NCBI GenBank assembly: GCA_024679065.1
Contig: JAGIQG010000009.1
Span: 102,734,001-102,798,000 of the forward strand
From: Sphyrna mokarran
Taxonomy: Eukaryota
Length of the DNA: 64,000 nt
Reading direction: 5' to 3'
Position numbers and translations under genes: made by a program. Of this stretch, positions 38,111 through 52,168 are shown piece by piece. Numbering within the stretch: the stretch's first letter is position 1; every line of letters begins with the position of its first letter. Below the pieces are notes generated by a model. The model did no database searches. It was not told the origin of the DNA and worked only from the letters and a program-made list of their open reading frames with translations.

Positions 38111-39197
38111 CCATAGTCCATTTCCAACTTGAATATTGTAGCTTTTTGGAAACGGGTGTCTTATTGGAAATGCCATCTGTCTGCTGCCACTTTTAATAAT
38201 TACTTACTTACAAATGTTCTCAGGCATTCTTTAGTTTTCTGCTCATTTCAATTTTCTCAACACTGCAATTTAAAGTGAGTGCTGACAAGCATGTGAAGAT
38301 AGAATTTGGAAAATAGTAACACTGTAGAAAGACAATATGTTAATTCTGTAGCAGCAAGCTAACTATTGGACTAGTGATCTACTTATTTCACGTGTGCTTC
38401 ACTTTGTCGCTTAAGCTAGCTTCTTTTATGTTTTATCTATGGTTTAATGAGAGTTTGGAACCCCTTGTTACAGAAACACCCTAGTTAAGTTAAAGATACA
38501 TGGCACTTTATTCAGATGTTTGATTCATGAATTGTGTTGTACAGAGCTGTGTTTTTCTATTTTAATGGATATTGCAAGTCCATACAAATATTGAAACGGA
38601 CGGATATGCTGGCTGTTCGCTATATTTGTAGCCTGACAGATCAGATGATTTGATTCCTACACTTAAAATTCAATCTTTGTTAAATTAATGTTCAATCAAA
38701 GATACGATGTTGGTAAGAAATTTATCCCAGTCCATGTAAAGATAAACTTAACAAAGTGGGAAACTAATGTATTAATAAATGTTGCAGGCTCCTGATGTAT
38801 TATTGAAGGTATTTGAATATCATATATGGGATTTCACAGAAGCATAATTAGTAGAATTCATCAGTATTCCCAAGTATCACTTCTCTGTTAAACTCCATTA
38901 TTGTGTAGCTGCAATACACAAATCATTAATTTCCCAGAACATTGAAATTTGGCAAAAGAAAGCAGTTGGCATCAGCCAGAAACAAAAGCTGATCATTTCA
39001 AATAATTGGCACACACGTTCTCAGTTCTGTATACAGAAAGCTTCTGGGTGGTGGGAAGGAAAAATTGCAATGGGTGCATCTGCTGAACATGTATGGAAAG
39101 GGGTCTTGGGAACTTCTAGTTTGTCATATGTTTAATTTTGAAAAAAATAATCTGCCTCAAATTGGGTCGTCTTACATGACTAACATTCCATTTTCAT

Positions 39198-39457
39198 AGG
39201 AGACAGTACACATCTCTTTAACCTATGCTTAACACTATTCCATTCACACTGTCTGCACCTTTAAGACTTGAATACCATATTAGCTGTAAAGTCTTGCATT
39301 CTAATCAGTATTCTGTAAACTGTGTGTGCCTTTATATGCACTGTTTGTGATCAGAACTTTCCACTCACTTGACGAAGGAACAGCTTTCCGAAAGCTTGTG
39401 AGTTTACTATCAAATAAACTTTTTTGGACTTTAATCTGGTGTTGTGAGATTTCTTAC
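39198..39457 (+). mobile_element. Penelope pLTR fragment with hammerhead (39363-39403)
   Basis: ACTCAC-TTGACGA-A-GGAA(CAGCT)TTCC-GAAA-GC-TT-GTGAGT: intact stems, C3 changed to U. Confidence 0.75.
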
Positions 39458-40174
39458 ATATACGTGAAGACAGAATTAACATTTTAGAGTTAATCTTTCA
39501 TTACCATTATATTTTTCTTTTCTATTTCTAGCATCTGCAGTATTTGTGTTTTTTATTCAACAATCCAAATCAACAACATTGATATTAGTGTTTTCTTCAC
39601 ACTTTTGCATTTACTGTTCAGGTAAGTATTTGTCCCTTTAACAGTAAAAGGGTGGTGTTGCATCAGAATATTACGTTGTTCTACACTTAATCAGGGAGAT
39701 AGTAAACAGGAAGGAAACACCTAAATTCAGCCTATTTTCAGCACATTATCCAATTTCACTACAAATTAGTGGATGCCTTATGGTCTTGCCATATGTCAAC
39801 AGCAGAGATATTCTTCAGGTGAAGAAGGAGGGTTAGATTTAAAGGGGGAGAAGTGGGAAGAGAGGAATAATTAGACCAAGTGTATGCAGAACAATAGACT
39901 CCCTATTTGAAAGTTTCACATTCTGACCTGTGTATAATCAGTATTGAATGTTATCGACACTGATTTGAAATTAACATTCAGTAGATATGTGGGGATGGGC
40001 AATAGCTCTTTTTCATTTATCACTCCTTCTACTGTGCGAAAGGACACTGCAAACACCCTTTCTCTGGTTTTTGAATATGCAAAATAAACATGTTTGTCTG
40101 TATTAATCCTCCCACAGTCTGAAAGATGTGCTGGTTAGGTGAATTAGCCATGCTAAATTCTCCCAAACAGCTAA

Positions 40175-42865
40175 CTTAAGCTTTCGGAGCGTTGCTCCTT
40201 CATCAGGTGAGTGAAGTGCTGTGTTCACAGACAAGACACAAATAGACACAAACTCAATTTACAAGGTAATGGTTGGAATGTGAGTCTTTACAGGTAATCA
40301 CAGCCTTAAAGGTACAGACAATGTGAGTGGAGCGACAATTAAGCACAGATTAAGGTGTGTATTGTCTCCAGCCAGGACAGTTAATGATTTTGCAACTTGT
40401 GGGGGTTACAGATAGTGTAACAGAAATATATTTAAGTTACGGATAGATAGGTTTCTGATAGATAAGGGAATTGAGGGTTATGGGGAGAGAGCAGGAAAGT
40501 GGAACTGATCCATTTCAGATCAGCCATGATCTTGATAAATGGCAGGGTAGGCTCGAAGGGCTAGATGGCCTACTCCTGCTCCTATTTCTTATGTTCGTAT
40601 GTAACCCAAGATCCCAGTTGAGGCCATCCTCGTGTGTGGAACTTGGGTATCTGCTCAGCATCTCTGTGTTGTGTTTTGTGAAGGCTGCCTTGGAGAATGT
40701 TTACCTGAAGATCAGAGTTGAATGTCTGTGACCGCTGAAGTGTTCCCTAACAGGAAGAGATCACTCCTGCCTGTTGATTGTCAAGTGGTGTTCGTTCATT
40801 ACTGTTGTAGATCAAGGAAGTCACATCAGCACTTCACTGTACCGCAAGCCCACTAATAACTTCATAATGCTCCACTTTTCCAGTTTCCATTCTAAATACA
40901 TTAAAAAAGCCATCCCCTACAGACAAGCCTTCTGTATACGCAGAATCTGCTCGTTATGAGGAGGATTGCAACAGGCACCTAAAAATGCTGAAAGATACCC
41001 TCATAAGAACAGGGGGATGTGGCGTTCCACTCGTTGATTGACAATTCTGACACGCCACAGCGAAAAGCCACACGACCTCCTCAGAAGATAAACACTAGAC
41101 ATGACGGACAGAATACCTTTCGTTGGAGGGTGCCTGGAGCGGAAGCCGTGATATCTCCGGAGTCTTCAATATGTTATCGATGAAGATGAACAGCTCGCCA
41201 AGGCCATCTCACTACCCCTTTCTTGCCTTGAAACAATCGCACAACCTCAGACCATTATCTGCAGCGGACTGCCTGGCCTTTAGAAGAAGTGACCACGACT
41301 GCATGAACCTGCTGCGGTAACCTCTGCATGATGTGCCGGATCATCTATACGGATGCCATCATCTCACTTGAGAACACCAATAGGTCAACGGTGCATGCTC
41401 TTGCGACTTGGCCAATGTTGTCTAACTGATATGCTGCAGGGAAAGGATGTCCCAAGGCTTCGTACATGGGGGAGACCCTGCAGGCATTACGACAATGGAA
41501 GAATGAACACCACTCGGCAATCATCAAGCAGGAGTGTTCTCTTCCTGTCAGGGAACACTTCAGCAGTCATGGGTATTCAGCCTCTGATTTTGGGTAAACG
41601 TTCTTCAAGGAGGCCTTCACAACACATGACAATGCAGAATTGCTGAGCAGAAACTGATAGCCAAGTTCTGCATTCATGAGAACAGCCTCAAACGGGATCT
41701 TGGGTTCATGTCACATTATTTGTAACCCCCACTTCTTGCCTGGGCTTGCAAAATCTCACTAACTGCTTTGGCTGGAGACAATACACATCTCTTTAACCTG
41801 TGCTTAACCCTTGTTCCACTCACATTGTTTGTATCTTTAATACTTGATTACCTGTAAAGACTCACATTCCAACCATTATCTTGTAAATTGAGTTTGTGTT
41901 CGTATATGCCCTGTTTGTGAACACAGCTCCTCACTTTCTTTATGAAGAAGCAGCGTTCCAAAAGCTTGTGCTACCAAATAAATTTTATAGAACGTTACAG
42001 CACAGAACAGGCCCTTCGGCCTTCGATGTTGCGCCGACCAATTAGGAAAAAGCAATGACCCTCTAACCTAAACCATTCCCTTTTTGTCCATAAACTTATC
42101 TACCAACCTCTTAAACGCCACCAAACTTGGCGCATCTACAACTGCAGCAGGCAGGGCATTCCATACCCTTACCACCCTCTGGGTAAAGAACCTACCTCTG
42201 ACATCCGTCCTATAACCACCACCCCTTAATTTAAAGCTATGTCCCCTCGTGCTAGCTTTCTCTATCCTAGGAAAAAGGCTATCACTGTCCACCCTATCTA
42301 AACCTCTAATCATCTTATATGTTTCAATAAGGTCTCCTCTTAGCCACTTTTTTCTGATGAAAACAACCTCAAATCCCTCAGCCTCTCTTCATAAGACCTG
42401 CCCTCCATACCAGGCAACATCCTGGTAAACCTCCTCTGTACTCTCTCCAATGCCTCCACATCTTTCTTATAATGCGGGGACCAGAACTGCACACGATATT
42501 CAAGTGCGGCCGCACTAGAGTTTTGTACAGTTGCAACATGACATTGCGGCTCCAAAATTCAATCCCCCTATCAATAAAAGCTAAGACTTGATTGCCAACT
42601 TTCAGGGATCTATTAACATATACACCAAGATCCCTCTGATTATCAACACTATTGAGAGTCCTACCATTAGCCCTATACTCTACACATTTATTATTCCTGC
42701 CAAAGTGAATTATCTCACACTTTTCCACATTAAACTCCATTTGCCACCTCTCGGCCCAGCTCTGCAACTTGTCCAAGTCTCTCTGCAAAAGAGACTTGTT
42801 AGACTTTAACCTGGTGTTGTGAGACTCCTTACTGTGCTTGCCCTAGACCAACGCCGACATCTCCC
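40175..42865. mobile_element. Penelope element with inverted 5' pLTR (- 40175-40800, + 40800-41985), its 3' end split by a CR1 (about 41986-42785, -)
   Basis: TSLYRKPT...HFSSFH...AIPYRQA RT C-terminus and GIY-YIG remnant on +; inverted terminal copy on -; CR1 ORFs 42068-42788. Confidence 0.85.
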
Positions 42866-43927
42866 CATTATACCCAAACAGCTGCCAGGGTGTCGTGACT
42901 AGGGGACTTCACAGTAACTTCATTGCAGTGTTAATATAAGCCTGCTTGTGACACTAATTAATAAATAAACTTTAATAAATTTAGTAAATAGAGGATAGAG
43001 AAAAATCACGTGCTAGTTAAATGCTATTGCAGTGAATTTCATACATTATTTCGAGGACTGAGATCACCTGAACTTGCTGGCAAACTTACTGATTAGAAAA
43101 ATATACGGTTTTCTGGGAAATTATAGATGAGATTTTGAGAAAAAATAATAGTAACAGAAGATTGAACAGTGTTCTGCATACTGATTGTATAAACACTGTA
43201 TCTATGATTTGGTGGAGAGAGTTGTACTACAATGCTCCCTGTGAGAAATTTACTGAGTTGTGCCAGAATTGAGAGCTATATTATATAAGGTTCTGCTTGA
43301 GGTTAGTTAGGCGGAATTCCATTTGCAATTGGGTTCTGTTCTCCACCACACGCACACACTATGCTTGAAATTATTCAGTTCTATAGCTATCTATATTGTG
43401 AAACTCCAAGAATGTTCCTTATCTTAAAATGCACCTGTAATGTTTATAAACCAGTCCAGCAAGTAGTTAGCACATTTAGAATCACAAAATCCCAACAATG
43501 CAGAAGGAGGCCATTCTGCCCATTGAGCCCAACAAGGCCCCATTCCTGTAACCCCACACATTTACCCTGCAAATCCCCCCCTGATATTTTTGGCAATTTA
43601 GCATAACCAATCCACCTAACGTACATGTTTTGGAGTGTGGCAGGAGACAAGAGCCCCTAGAAAAAACCTCTACAGACATAGGGAAAACATGCAAACTACA
43701 CATTCACTCTAGCCACAATTTAATCTGGATCCTTGTGCTGTGAGGCAGCAGTGCTAGCTATTGTGCTACCATACCATCCCAATCACACATGATTTAACTT
43801 TATTTAGGAAGGCTTCTTCTTGGATTCAGAATCTATGAGGTGTTCAATAAAGAAGTTTTCAGCACCAACTTGCTCCTGAGGAATACTCCATTTGTTGTTG
43901 AGTGTGTTTATGATTTAAGCTGTTTGT

Positions 43928-46900
43928 GGGGGAGTGGCGTTGTTAGTTAGGGAGAGCATCACAGCGGTGCAGAGGGAGGACAATACAGAGGAGTTAGGAG
44001 TGGAGTCTCTGTGGGTGGAGTTGAGGAATAGGAAGGGGGCCATTAATATGATACGGGTGTATTATAGGCTACCCAACAGCCCGCGGGTAGTTGAAGATGG
44101 CATATGTAAAGACATTTTGGATAGGGGCAGAAAGAACAGAGTCGTTACAGTGGGAGATTTTAATCTCCCTAGGGTGGATTGGAAGATACCTAGAGCTGGG
44201 GGTTTGGACGGGGAGGAATTTGTAAAATGTGTACTGGAAGGATCGTTGGAGCAGAATGTGGCTAGCCCGACTAGAGAAGGGGCTATATTGGATTTAGTTC
44301 TGAGTAACGAGCCAGGGCAGGTGGTTGATGTTGTAGTAGGGGAACATGTGGCTAACAGTGACCACAATTCTGTCTACTTTAGGATACAGATGGAAAAGGA
44401 TGCTTGTTGCCCTAGGGGCACAGTGCTGAATTGGGGGAAGGTTAACTACGGTTGGATTAGGCAGGAACTTATGGAAACTGATTGGGAACAGTTGTTCGAG
44501 GGTAAGTCTACGCTGGGCATGTGGGAGCCTTTCAAGGGAATACTGAAAATGTTGCAAGAAAGATATGTGCCAGCTAAGAGGAAAGATGGGAAAGGTAGGA
44601 TTAGAGAGCCATGGATTACTAGGGATATTGAAGACTTGGTTAGGAAGAAAAGAGAGGCGTATGATAGGTCAAAGCAGCTGGGAATGGAGACAGCGTTGGA
44701 GGGATACAGAGAGAGTAGGAGGGAGCTCAAACGAGGAATTAGAAGGGCAAAAAGGGGGCATGAAATGATTTTGGCGGATAGGATTAAGGAAAATCCAAAG
44801 GCTTTTTACTCCTATGTTAGGAATAAAAGGATGGTTAGAGGAAACATCGGACCTCTTAGGGACAGAGGAGGGGAACTGTGCTTAGAGCCTGAGGGAATGG
44901 AGGAGATCTTAAATGAATACTTTGCGTCAGTATTCACAAAGGAGAGGGGCTTGTTGACCGCTCCTGTCTCTGAGGGAGCTATGGACCAGTTGAGGGAACT
45001 ATCCATACCGAGGGAGGAAGTGTTAGAGCTTCTAGGTAGCATTAAAACTGATAAATCTCCGGGACCTGATGGCATTTATCCCAGGCTGCTGAGGAAGGTG
45101 CGAGGTGAAATTGCTGGGCCTTTGACGCAAATCTTTGTCTCTTCTTTGGACACAGGTGAGGTCCCAGAGAACTGGAGAATAGCTAATGTACCGTTGTTTA
45201 AAAAGGGTAGTAGGGATAACCCTGGAAATTATAGGCCGGTGAGTTTGACGTCAGTGGTAGGGAAGCTGTTGGAGGGGATTCTTTGAGATAGGATGTACAG
45301 GCACTTAGAGCGTTGCAATCTGATTAGGGATACGCAGCATGGCTTTGTTAAGGGGAGGTCGTGCCTTATGAATTTGGTAGAATTTTTTGAGGAGGTGACG
45401 AAAATGGTCGACGAAGGGCGAGCCGTTGATGTCATCTATATGGATTTTGGTGAGGCATTTGACAAAGTCCCTCACGGGAGGTTAGTTGAAAAGGTCAAAG
45501 CTCATGGGATACAAGGACAGGTAGCTAGATGGATAAGTAACTGGCTTAGTAATAGGAGACAGAGAGTAATAGTGGAAGAGTGTTTTTCTAGTGGAGGTCG
45601 GTCACTAGTGGTGTGCCACAGGGCTCGGTACTGGGACCTCTTCTATTTGTAATATATATAAATGACTTGGAAGAGGGAGTAAGTAGAGTGATCAGCAAGT
45701 TTGCAGACGATACAAAGATGGCTAGACTTGCAGATAGTGAGGTGCATTGTCAGGCGATGCAGCAGGTTATAGATAGGCTGGTAGCTTGGGCAGATAGTTG
45801 GCAGATGGAATTCAATCCTGCGAAATGTGAGGTGATGCATTTTGGGAGAAAGAATGTAGGGGGGAGGTATATGATAAAGGGTAGACCTATTAAGAGTATA
45901 GACATGCAGAGGGACCTGGGAAATGCAGAGGGACGTTAATTATACCTCATTTGGAATACTGCGTCCAGTTCTGGTCACCTTACTACCGGAAGGACGTGGA
46001 GACTCTGGAGAGAGTGCAGAGGAGGTTTGCCAGGATGCTGTCTGGTATGACAGGTCTGAGTTACGAGGAGAGGTTAGGCAAATTGGGACTGTTTTCTTTA
46101 GAAAGACGTAGACTTAGAGGAGATCTGATAGAGGTGTGCAAGATTATGAGGGGTATAGATAGAGTAAACAGGGTTAAGCTTTTTCCTAGGATGGACTTGA
46201 ACAGCACGAGGGGTCACGGGCTTAGGGTGAGGGGGGGGGGTAAGGTATAGTTTGGATGCTAGAGGGAGTTTTTTCACACAGAGGGTGTTGGGCATATGGA
46301 ATGCCATGCCAGGTAAAGTGGTGGAGGCAGGCACTGTGAAGTTATTTAAGAGATACTTTGATGGACACATGAACAGAATGGGAATGGAGGGGTATAGAAA
46401 ACTGATTTAAAATAGGGATCATGAGCCTTGGGAGTCCCTGGGAAATGTGTAAATGGATGATGGTATTGATGTACTTGTTTTTATCCTACAGGTGCTTTGG
46501 TCCACCTTGTTGTCTAACAAAGGGCATACACGTGATGGGTCATGAGAGGGCTACTCTTGGATTTTTCAAGAGTATCCTAGTGCTTCACGTTGTTAGTGTA
46601 CGCTTGACCTGGACTATTTGATGGGCAACACGACAGCTCAGTGACTATCGCTGTGCAGATACATGGATTCGGGCCTGTGTCTGTGGGAGTTTGCGCATTC
46701 TCCTCGTGATTGCGTGGGTTTTCTCCGGGTGCTCCGGTTTCCTCCCACATCCCAAAGATGTGCCGTTAGGCTAATTGGCAAAACAAATTCTCCTTAAATT
46801 GTCTCAAATTTGGTTTTTAATCCACAGATCTATAAACATAGACAGGGATCACGGGTAGAAGTGGGAACATCGAGGTGGCGCCGCGGGCTCGTTGGGCCGA

Positions 46901-46935
46901 AGGGCCTATTTCCCATGCTGTTTTGTTCTTTGTTC
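43928..46935 (+). mobile_element. CR1 LINE, near-complete ORF2 (APE + RT) with few lesions and V-SINE-containing 3' UTR
   Basis: GVALLV, YRLPN, VGDFN, ILDLVL, SDHN, KSPGPDG, NYRPVSLTSV, PQGSVLGP, FADD; stop at 45284, frameshift near 45590, internal deletion near 45920. Confidence 0.95.
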
Positions 46936-47489
46936 TGCTTCCCTCTTCTCTCACTTCTCCCAGTACAGAGCTGATCTTGCTACTAGTATACTATTTTTCT
47001 CCTTTGATGTTATCCTATCTAAACGACATCTTAGAAAATCTTGCTTTTAGCATGTAAGTGTGACATACATTCTTGTGTCTCTAATTTGAACCCATCTCTT
47101 CCATATTCAGCAGCTATAATTCTATAACCCATGGTTACTCTTTTCACTTAGATATCTGCTTCTCTGGGGCTAAGCTAATTTGTATATCAAAAAACCCTCC
47201 AGACAGTTATACTTGTATCAATTCCCATTTTATCCAATTCTTTAAACTTTTATTCAAAATGTCTTCACCAAAATAATCCTAAATCCATGACTTCTTTTTC
47301 TGGATCCTTCCACCAGTTTGCTGCCTTCTTTAACCATTGGTTTATGTAGATACACCCATTACGCTGTTAGGTAGAGAGTTCCAGGATTTTGACCCAACAC
47401 CAGTGACTTCATGTTATCCAAAACTGCTTTTGTCTTTATTTTGTTCAATTCTTAAATCTTTCTTTTACTCAAAGGCCTTGACACATGCA

Positions 47490-48400
47490 ATAATGTTACC
47501 ATTGATGGAATATTCCCCACTTGCCTGGATGAGTGCGGCTCCAATAACACTGATGAAACTTGACACCATCCAGGACAAAACAGCCCACTTGATTGGCATC
47601 CCATTCACGATCATTCAATCCCTCCACTACCAAAGCACAGTGGTACCATCTACAATGTGTACTGCAGGAATTCATCTTAGCACCTTCCAAACTCACATCC
47701 AATATCATCTAGAAGGATAAATGCAGTAGACGCATAGGAACACCATGTGTTTACTGTGTGCAGTTTTAGTGTCCTTATCTGAGGAAGGATGTCCTTGCTA
47801 AAGAGGAAGTACAGTTAAGTTTTATCAGGCTGATTCCTGGGATAGCAACTCTTGTCATATGAGGAGACAGTAAGTCATTTAGAATTATATTGGAGTTTAG
47901 AAAAGTAAGCGGGAATCTCATAGAAACTTATAAAAATTTTAACAGGGTTTGATAGTGAGATTCAGAAACAATGTTCCCAATAGGCTGGGGGGGGGGGGGC
48001 GGGTGAGGTGGGAATATAGATCTAGGGGTTCATAGTTTGAGGATAAGGGGTAAACGTTTTAGAAGTGAAGGGATGGGGGATCAGGACATTGAATTCAATG
48101 ATCAACCATGATCAAAATGAATGGTGGAGCAGGCTCGAAGGGCTGAATGGCCTTGTTCTGCCTCTGGTTTCTGTCACCTGCAAGTCCCCTTCCAAGTCAC
48201 TCCCAACCTAACTTGGAAATATATCGTCATTCCTTCACAATGGCTGGGCTAAATTCCTCCAATTTTCTTCCTAACAGCGCTGTGGGTGCACCCACACCTC
48301 AGGGACTGAGGCGTTTTACGGAGGCAGCTCACCACCACCTTCTCAAGGGCAATTTAGGGGGTAGGAAATAAGTGCTGGCTTTAGCCAGTGACACCCACTT
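47490..48400 (+). mobile_element. L2-like LINE 3' fragment with nested CR1 fragment (about 47750-48170)
   Basis: MEYSPLAWMSAAPITLMKLDTIQDKTAHLIG and tail gcagctcaccaccaccttctcaagggcaatt; clade assignment from recognition. Confidence 0.6.
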
Positions 48401-48739
48401 CCTCCCCAAATAAAATAAATTTTAAAAAGGGGGAAAAAGAAACAGTTTTCACTGTTGGAAGGACCCAATTGAGTGAAATCGGCAAAATGAGGAGCAAGAG
48501 GAGACATTTTCTCAGGCAACGACTGGTTAAGGTGTGGGATTGCCCTACCTGACAATGTGGTGGAGGCAGATTCAGTCGAAGCGGTATTGGGGGAGAACTG
48601 TATTTTTGTCTTAAAAATATACAGGGTTGGAGAGCGGTGAGGATGCATTGCTCAAAAAGGCGTAGCAATCAGTGCTGTAAATAATCATCTACATTAACAA
48701 GTCACGAGTTTGTGATATCAGTGGCTTGCAATTCTTGCA

Positions 48740-48960
48740 ACATTTTCATTTCCGTATTGGTCAATTTTAGGGCGGGCTTTAGCGAAGGTGGAGGGGGGGC
48801 AAGGTATTTCGAACAAGGTTGTAGAAGCGTTCTGCTGAAGATCCCGCTTGGTATTTGACTTCAGCGGGAATGTTGATCTTGATGGAGCATCGATTCACCC
48901 TTTGGGATCTGTCCTCCACCTCTTTTCTCCTACCTGCCCCCCTCCGCCTCTGGCTGCTCG
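48740..48960 (+). promoter_or_regulatory. Candidate promoter and degenerate leader exon of gene 2
   Basis: ATTGG and GGGCGGG boxes at about 48756-48776, local CpG enrichment; ATG 48882 reads MEHRFTLWDLSSTSFLLPAPLRLWLL-g to a weak phase-1 donor TCG|GTGAAG. Confidence 0.35.
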
Positions 48961-51880
48961 GTGAAGCGGATGACGAACTGAATACTTGGGGTTGGTAAAG
49001 GGGGAGTTAAAATTGGGGCAGTCGATAGAAGAATTCCCGCAGAGTTTGGGGAAGGGAAGAGAGCTCCGGGAGTTGATCACACACTTCCCCACTAACACTG
49101 CAAGTAGATATCAGAGCAGCAGAATTTCTCTATCATTTCAGTCTTGAAACAGTGGCTGTAACACACAGAACTTTAAAATCACCTGACATTCCCATGACCA
49201 TCGAATCCCTACAATACAAAAGACAAACATTTTTACAAAAAATGTATGAAAAAATGAACAATATATATTTGAAAATCAAAAATATTTAAAAATAAAATGT
49301 ATTTAAAAATATGTAGGACATATTTATATAAAAACTAAAAATAACAGGTGATGCAGCTTCTACAATGTTGCCGTTTTCCTTGGCTTATATCGCCGTTCAA
49401 ACACAGAAAATGCGTGGCGCAATGGTTAGCACTGCTGCCTCACAGTGCCAGGGATCCGGGTTCGATTTTCGGTTTGGGTCGCTGTATCTGTGTGAGTTCC
49501 CTCCGGGTGCTCCAGTTTCCTCCCACAGTCCAAAGATTACGAATGAGGTGAATTGGCTGTGCTAAATTGCCCCTTATTATCAAGGAGATTAACAGGGTAA
49601 ATGCGTGTGGTTATGAGGATGGGGCCTGGGTGGGATTGTTGTCGGTGCAGGTTCAGTGGGCTGACTGGCCTCTTTCTGCACAATAGGAATGCTATGAATG
49701 TATGAAAATGCTGGAAAATCTCAGCAAGTTTGACAGCATCTGTGAAAGGACAATAGAGCCATTGTTTCGAGTCAGGATGAACTGGTCAGAGCAGGTGCTG
49801 TCAGGTCTGCGAGATTTCCCAGCATTTTCTGCTTTTGTTTCAAATGTAGAGATGCCGGCGTTGGGCTGGGATAAACTCAGTAAACTTTGTTTCAAATTCC
49901 AGCATCTACAGTATTTTTTTATCCCCATTCTTTCAATAATGCCGTGTCAGAATAGAAGAATTTCTGCTTTGTTACTTAAGTCTCAGAACAGAAGCTTTTA
50001 ACACCAGGTCACTATCACTGTGGTCAATAACAACATTTAAAAAAATTAAATTAAAGGAATTTCTAAAAAATAAAGTAAATGGCAGATGATGCAATTTTAT
50101 TTTACACTATCCCTCTCCCAGCTGGAGATGATATCCTCCTTCTTGTGGATCGCCGTGATTACTGTATCGGTGATGGTCAAACATTCAGCGCTGGGCGATT
50201 GCATTAATCCTGAACTCTGGAAATACCCTTACAGCATGCTTCTGCCCCAAAAATTCACATTCCTCCTCTCAGTCATTGCTATCTGAAAAGGAAGAATGTG
50301 TGGGGCCAGGGATGGGAGTGGGAGATGATGGCATTCGGTGACTTGTTCTCTCGGACAGCCAGCACCGATGCGATGGAGGAACGGCCTCCCTTTGTACTGT
50401 AACCATTCTGTGATTTGGCAACCCAAGGTTTTAGCCTATGTATTGCTCTTTCTTTCCTGTTCCAGCGAGAGCTTTTTACTTCCTAACTCCGCTGAGAAGT
50501 ACCTTAGGATATACAATGAATTTAAGGGATTCCATCCATGCAAGTTGCTGTTGTCAATCATCCAAAACCAGGTAGACCATCAATGAGCAGATGACGAGGG
50601 TGATACGGTGGCACAGTGGTTAGCACTGCTGCCTCATGGCGCTAGGGACCAAGGTTCGATTCCAGCCTCAGATGATTGTCTGTGTGGAGTCTGCACGTTC
50701 TCCCCGTGTCTGCATGGGTTTCCTCTTACACTCCAGAGATGAACTCATAATAAGTTCATAGTATAGAAGAATGGAATTTGACCCATTGGGCCTGGTTTTA
50801 CCATTTTTTATTCTAAGTGCTGAATCTGGGCACAATTGAATTCCGACTTTGAAATCTGTTTTCAGGCACCCCCATACGCATTTTGCCTGCAAAGAAAATC
50901 ATGAATCTGAATCATGCTGTGGGTGGGTCTTAGTGCATGCACGGTGAAAATAAATTGAAAAACATTTTCACATCGTTCCCAGGCCACAAAAAGTGGATAA
51001 AGCGGCCCGCGAGCGATAGCCCCCACAGACATTGCCCCGGGGGAAATAATTTCCCTCGGTTTACGCTATCAATTGGGTAGCACAGTGATTAGCACTGCTG
51101 CCTCACAGTGCCAGAGACCCAGGTTTAATTTGCAGCTTGGGTCACTGTTTGAGCTGAGTCTACACATTCTCCCTCCGTCTGCGTGGGTTTCCTCCGGGTG
51201 CTCCAGTTTAGTTCCACAATCTGAAAGACAAGCTGGTTAGTTGTATTGGCAGTGCTAAATTCTCCCTCGATGTACCTGAATAGGTGCTGGATGTGTGGCA
51301 ACGGGGTGATTTTCACAGTAATTTCATTGCAGTGTCAATATAAGCCTACTTATGACACAAATAAATACAAATAGCAAGGAAAATTACAGCACAGGACCAG
51401 GCCCTTCATCCCTCCAAGTCTGTACTGACCAAACTGCCCGACTTATCTAAAAGCCCCTACTCTTCCAGGGACCAAATCCATCTATTCCCATCCTATTCAT
51501 ATATTTGTCAAGACGTCCCTTAAAAGTCACTATCGTATCTGCTTCCACTACCTTTCCTGGCAGTGCGTTCCAGGCATCTATCACCCACTGTGTAAAAAAA
51601 AAACTTGTACGTCTACTTTAAACCCTGCCCCGTGCACCTTAAACCTACACTTTAAGCAATTCCATTAATTATAAAGACGCTCTTTGGATCCCCCCTCTGG
51701 CCTGCGCTTACTTTCCTGAACACAAAAAAACAATATAACCTTACACAACCCACAGAATGGTTATAGCACAGAAAGAGGCCATTTGTCCTGTCACACCTGA
51801 GTTGCCTCTGGTGCCAACGCTAGTGTTTTACTGCAGCAGTTTAAAGATTATATTTGCTGTTCTATTTTTGTTTTAATCAG

Positions 51881-52168
51881 TTGGAAGGAAGGAAGCAATT
51901 GGAGTCGTTGGTTCTTCAGTTTTACTGGATCCTGAGTACGGGGCTGACCTTGGATGTTCAACGGCAGCAATGGAAATCCTGTAATTATTCTGGATTATGT
52001 GCCAAATTATCTGAGAGAGGAATCAAATGAACACTTCAGATCACGTCTATTTTTTAATACATCCAATGGGGTCCCTGATGTTGAACAATTTAAAAGCCAA
52101 GGACCAAAGGGTTTATACCATCACTATAGGCGGAGGCTGGCAATGGAGTGCAGATTTGAAAACTGTTT
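51881..52168 (+). pseudogene. IgSF gene 2, V-set exon, frameshifted
   Basis: Paralog of 24701-25006 (VVGSSVLLDPE...WMFNGSNGNPVIILDYVPNY...NEHFRSRL...KDQRVYTITI); about 19-nt deletion before the C-strand Trp and an extra G near 52070; entry frame hits TAA. Confidence 0.85.
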
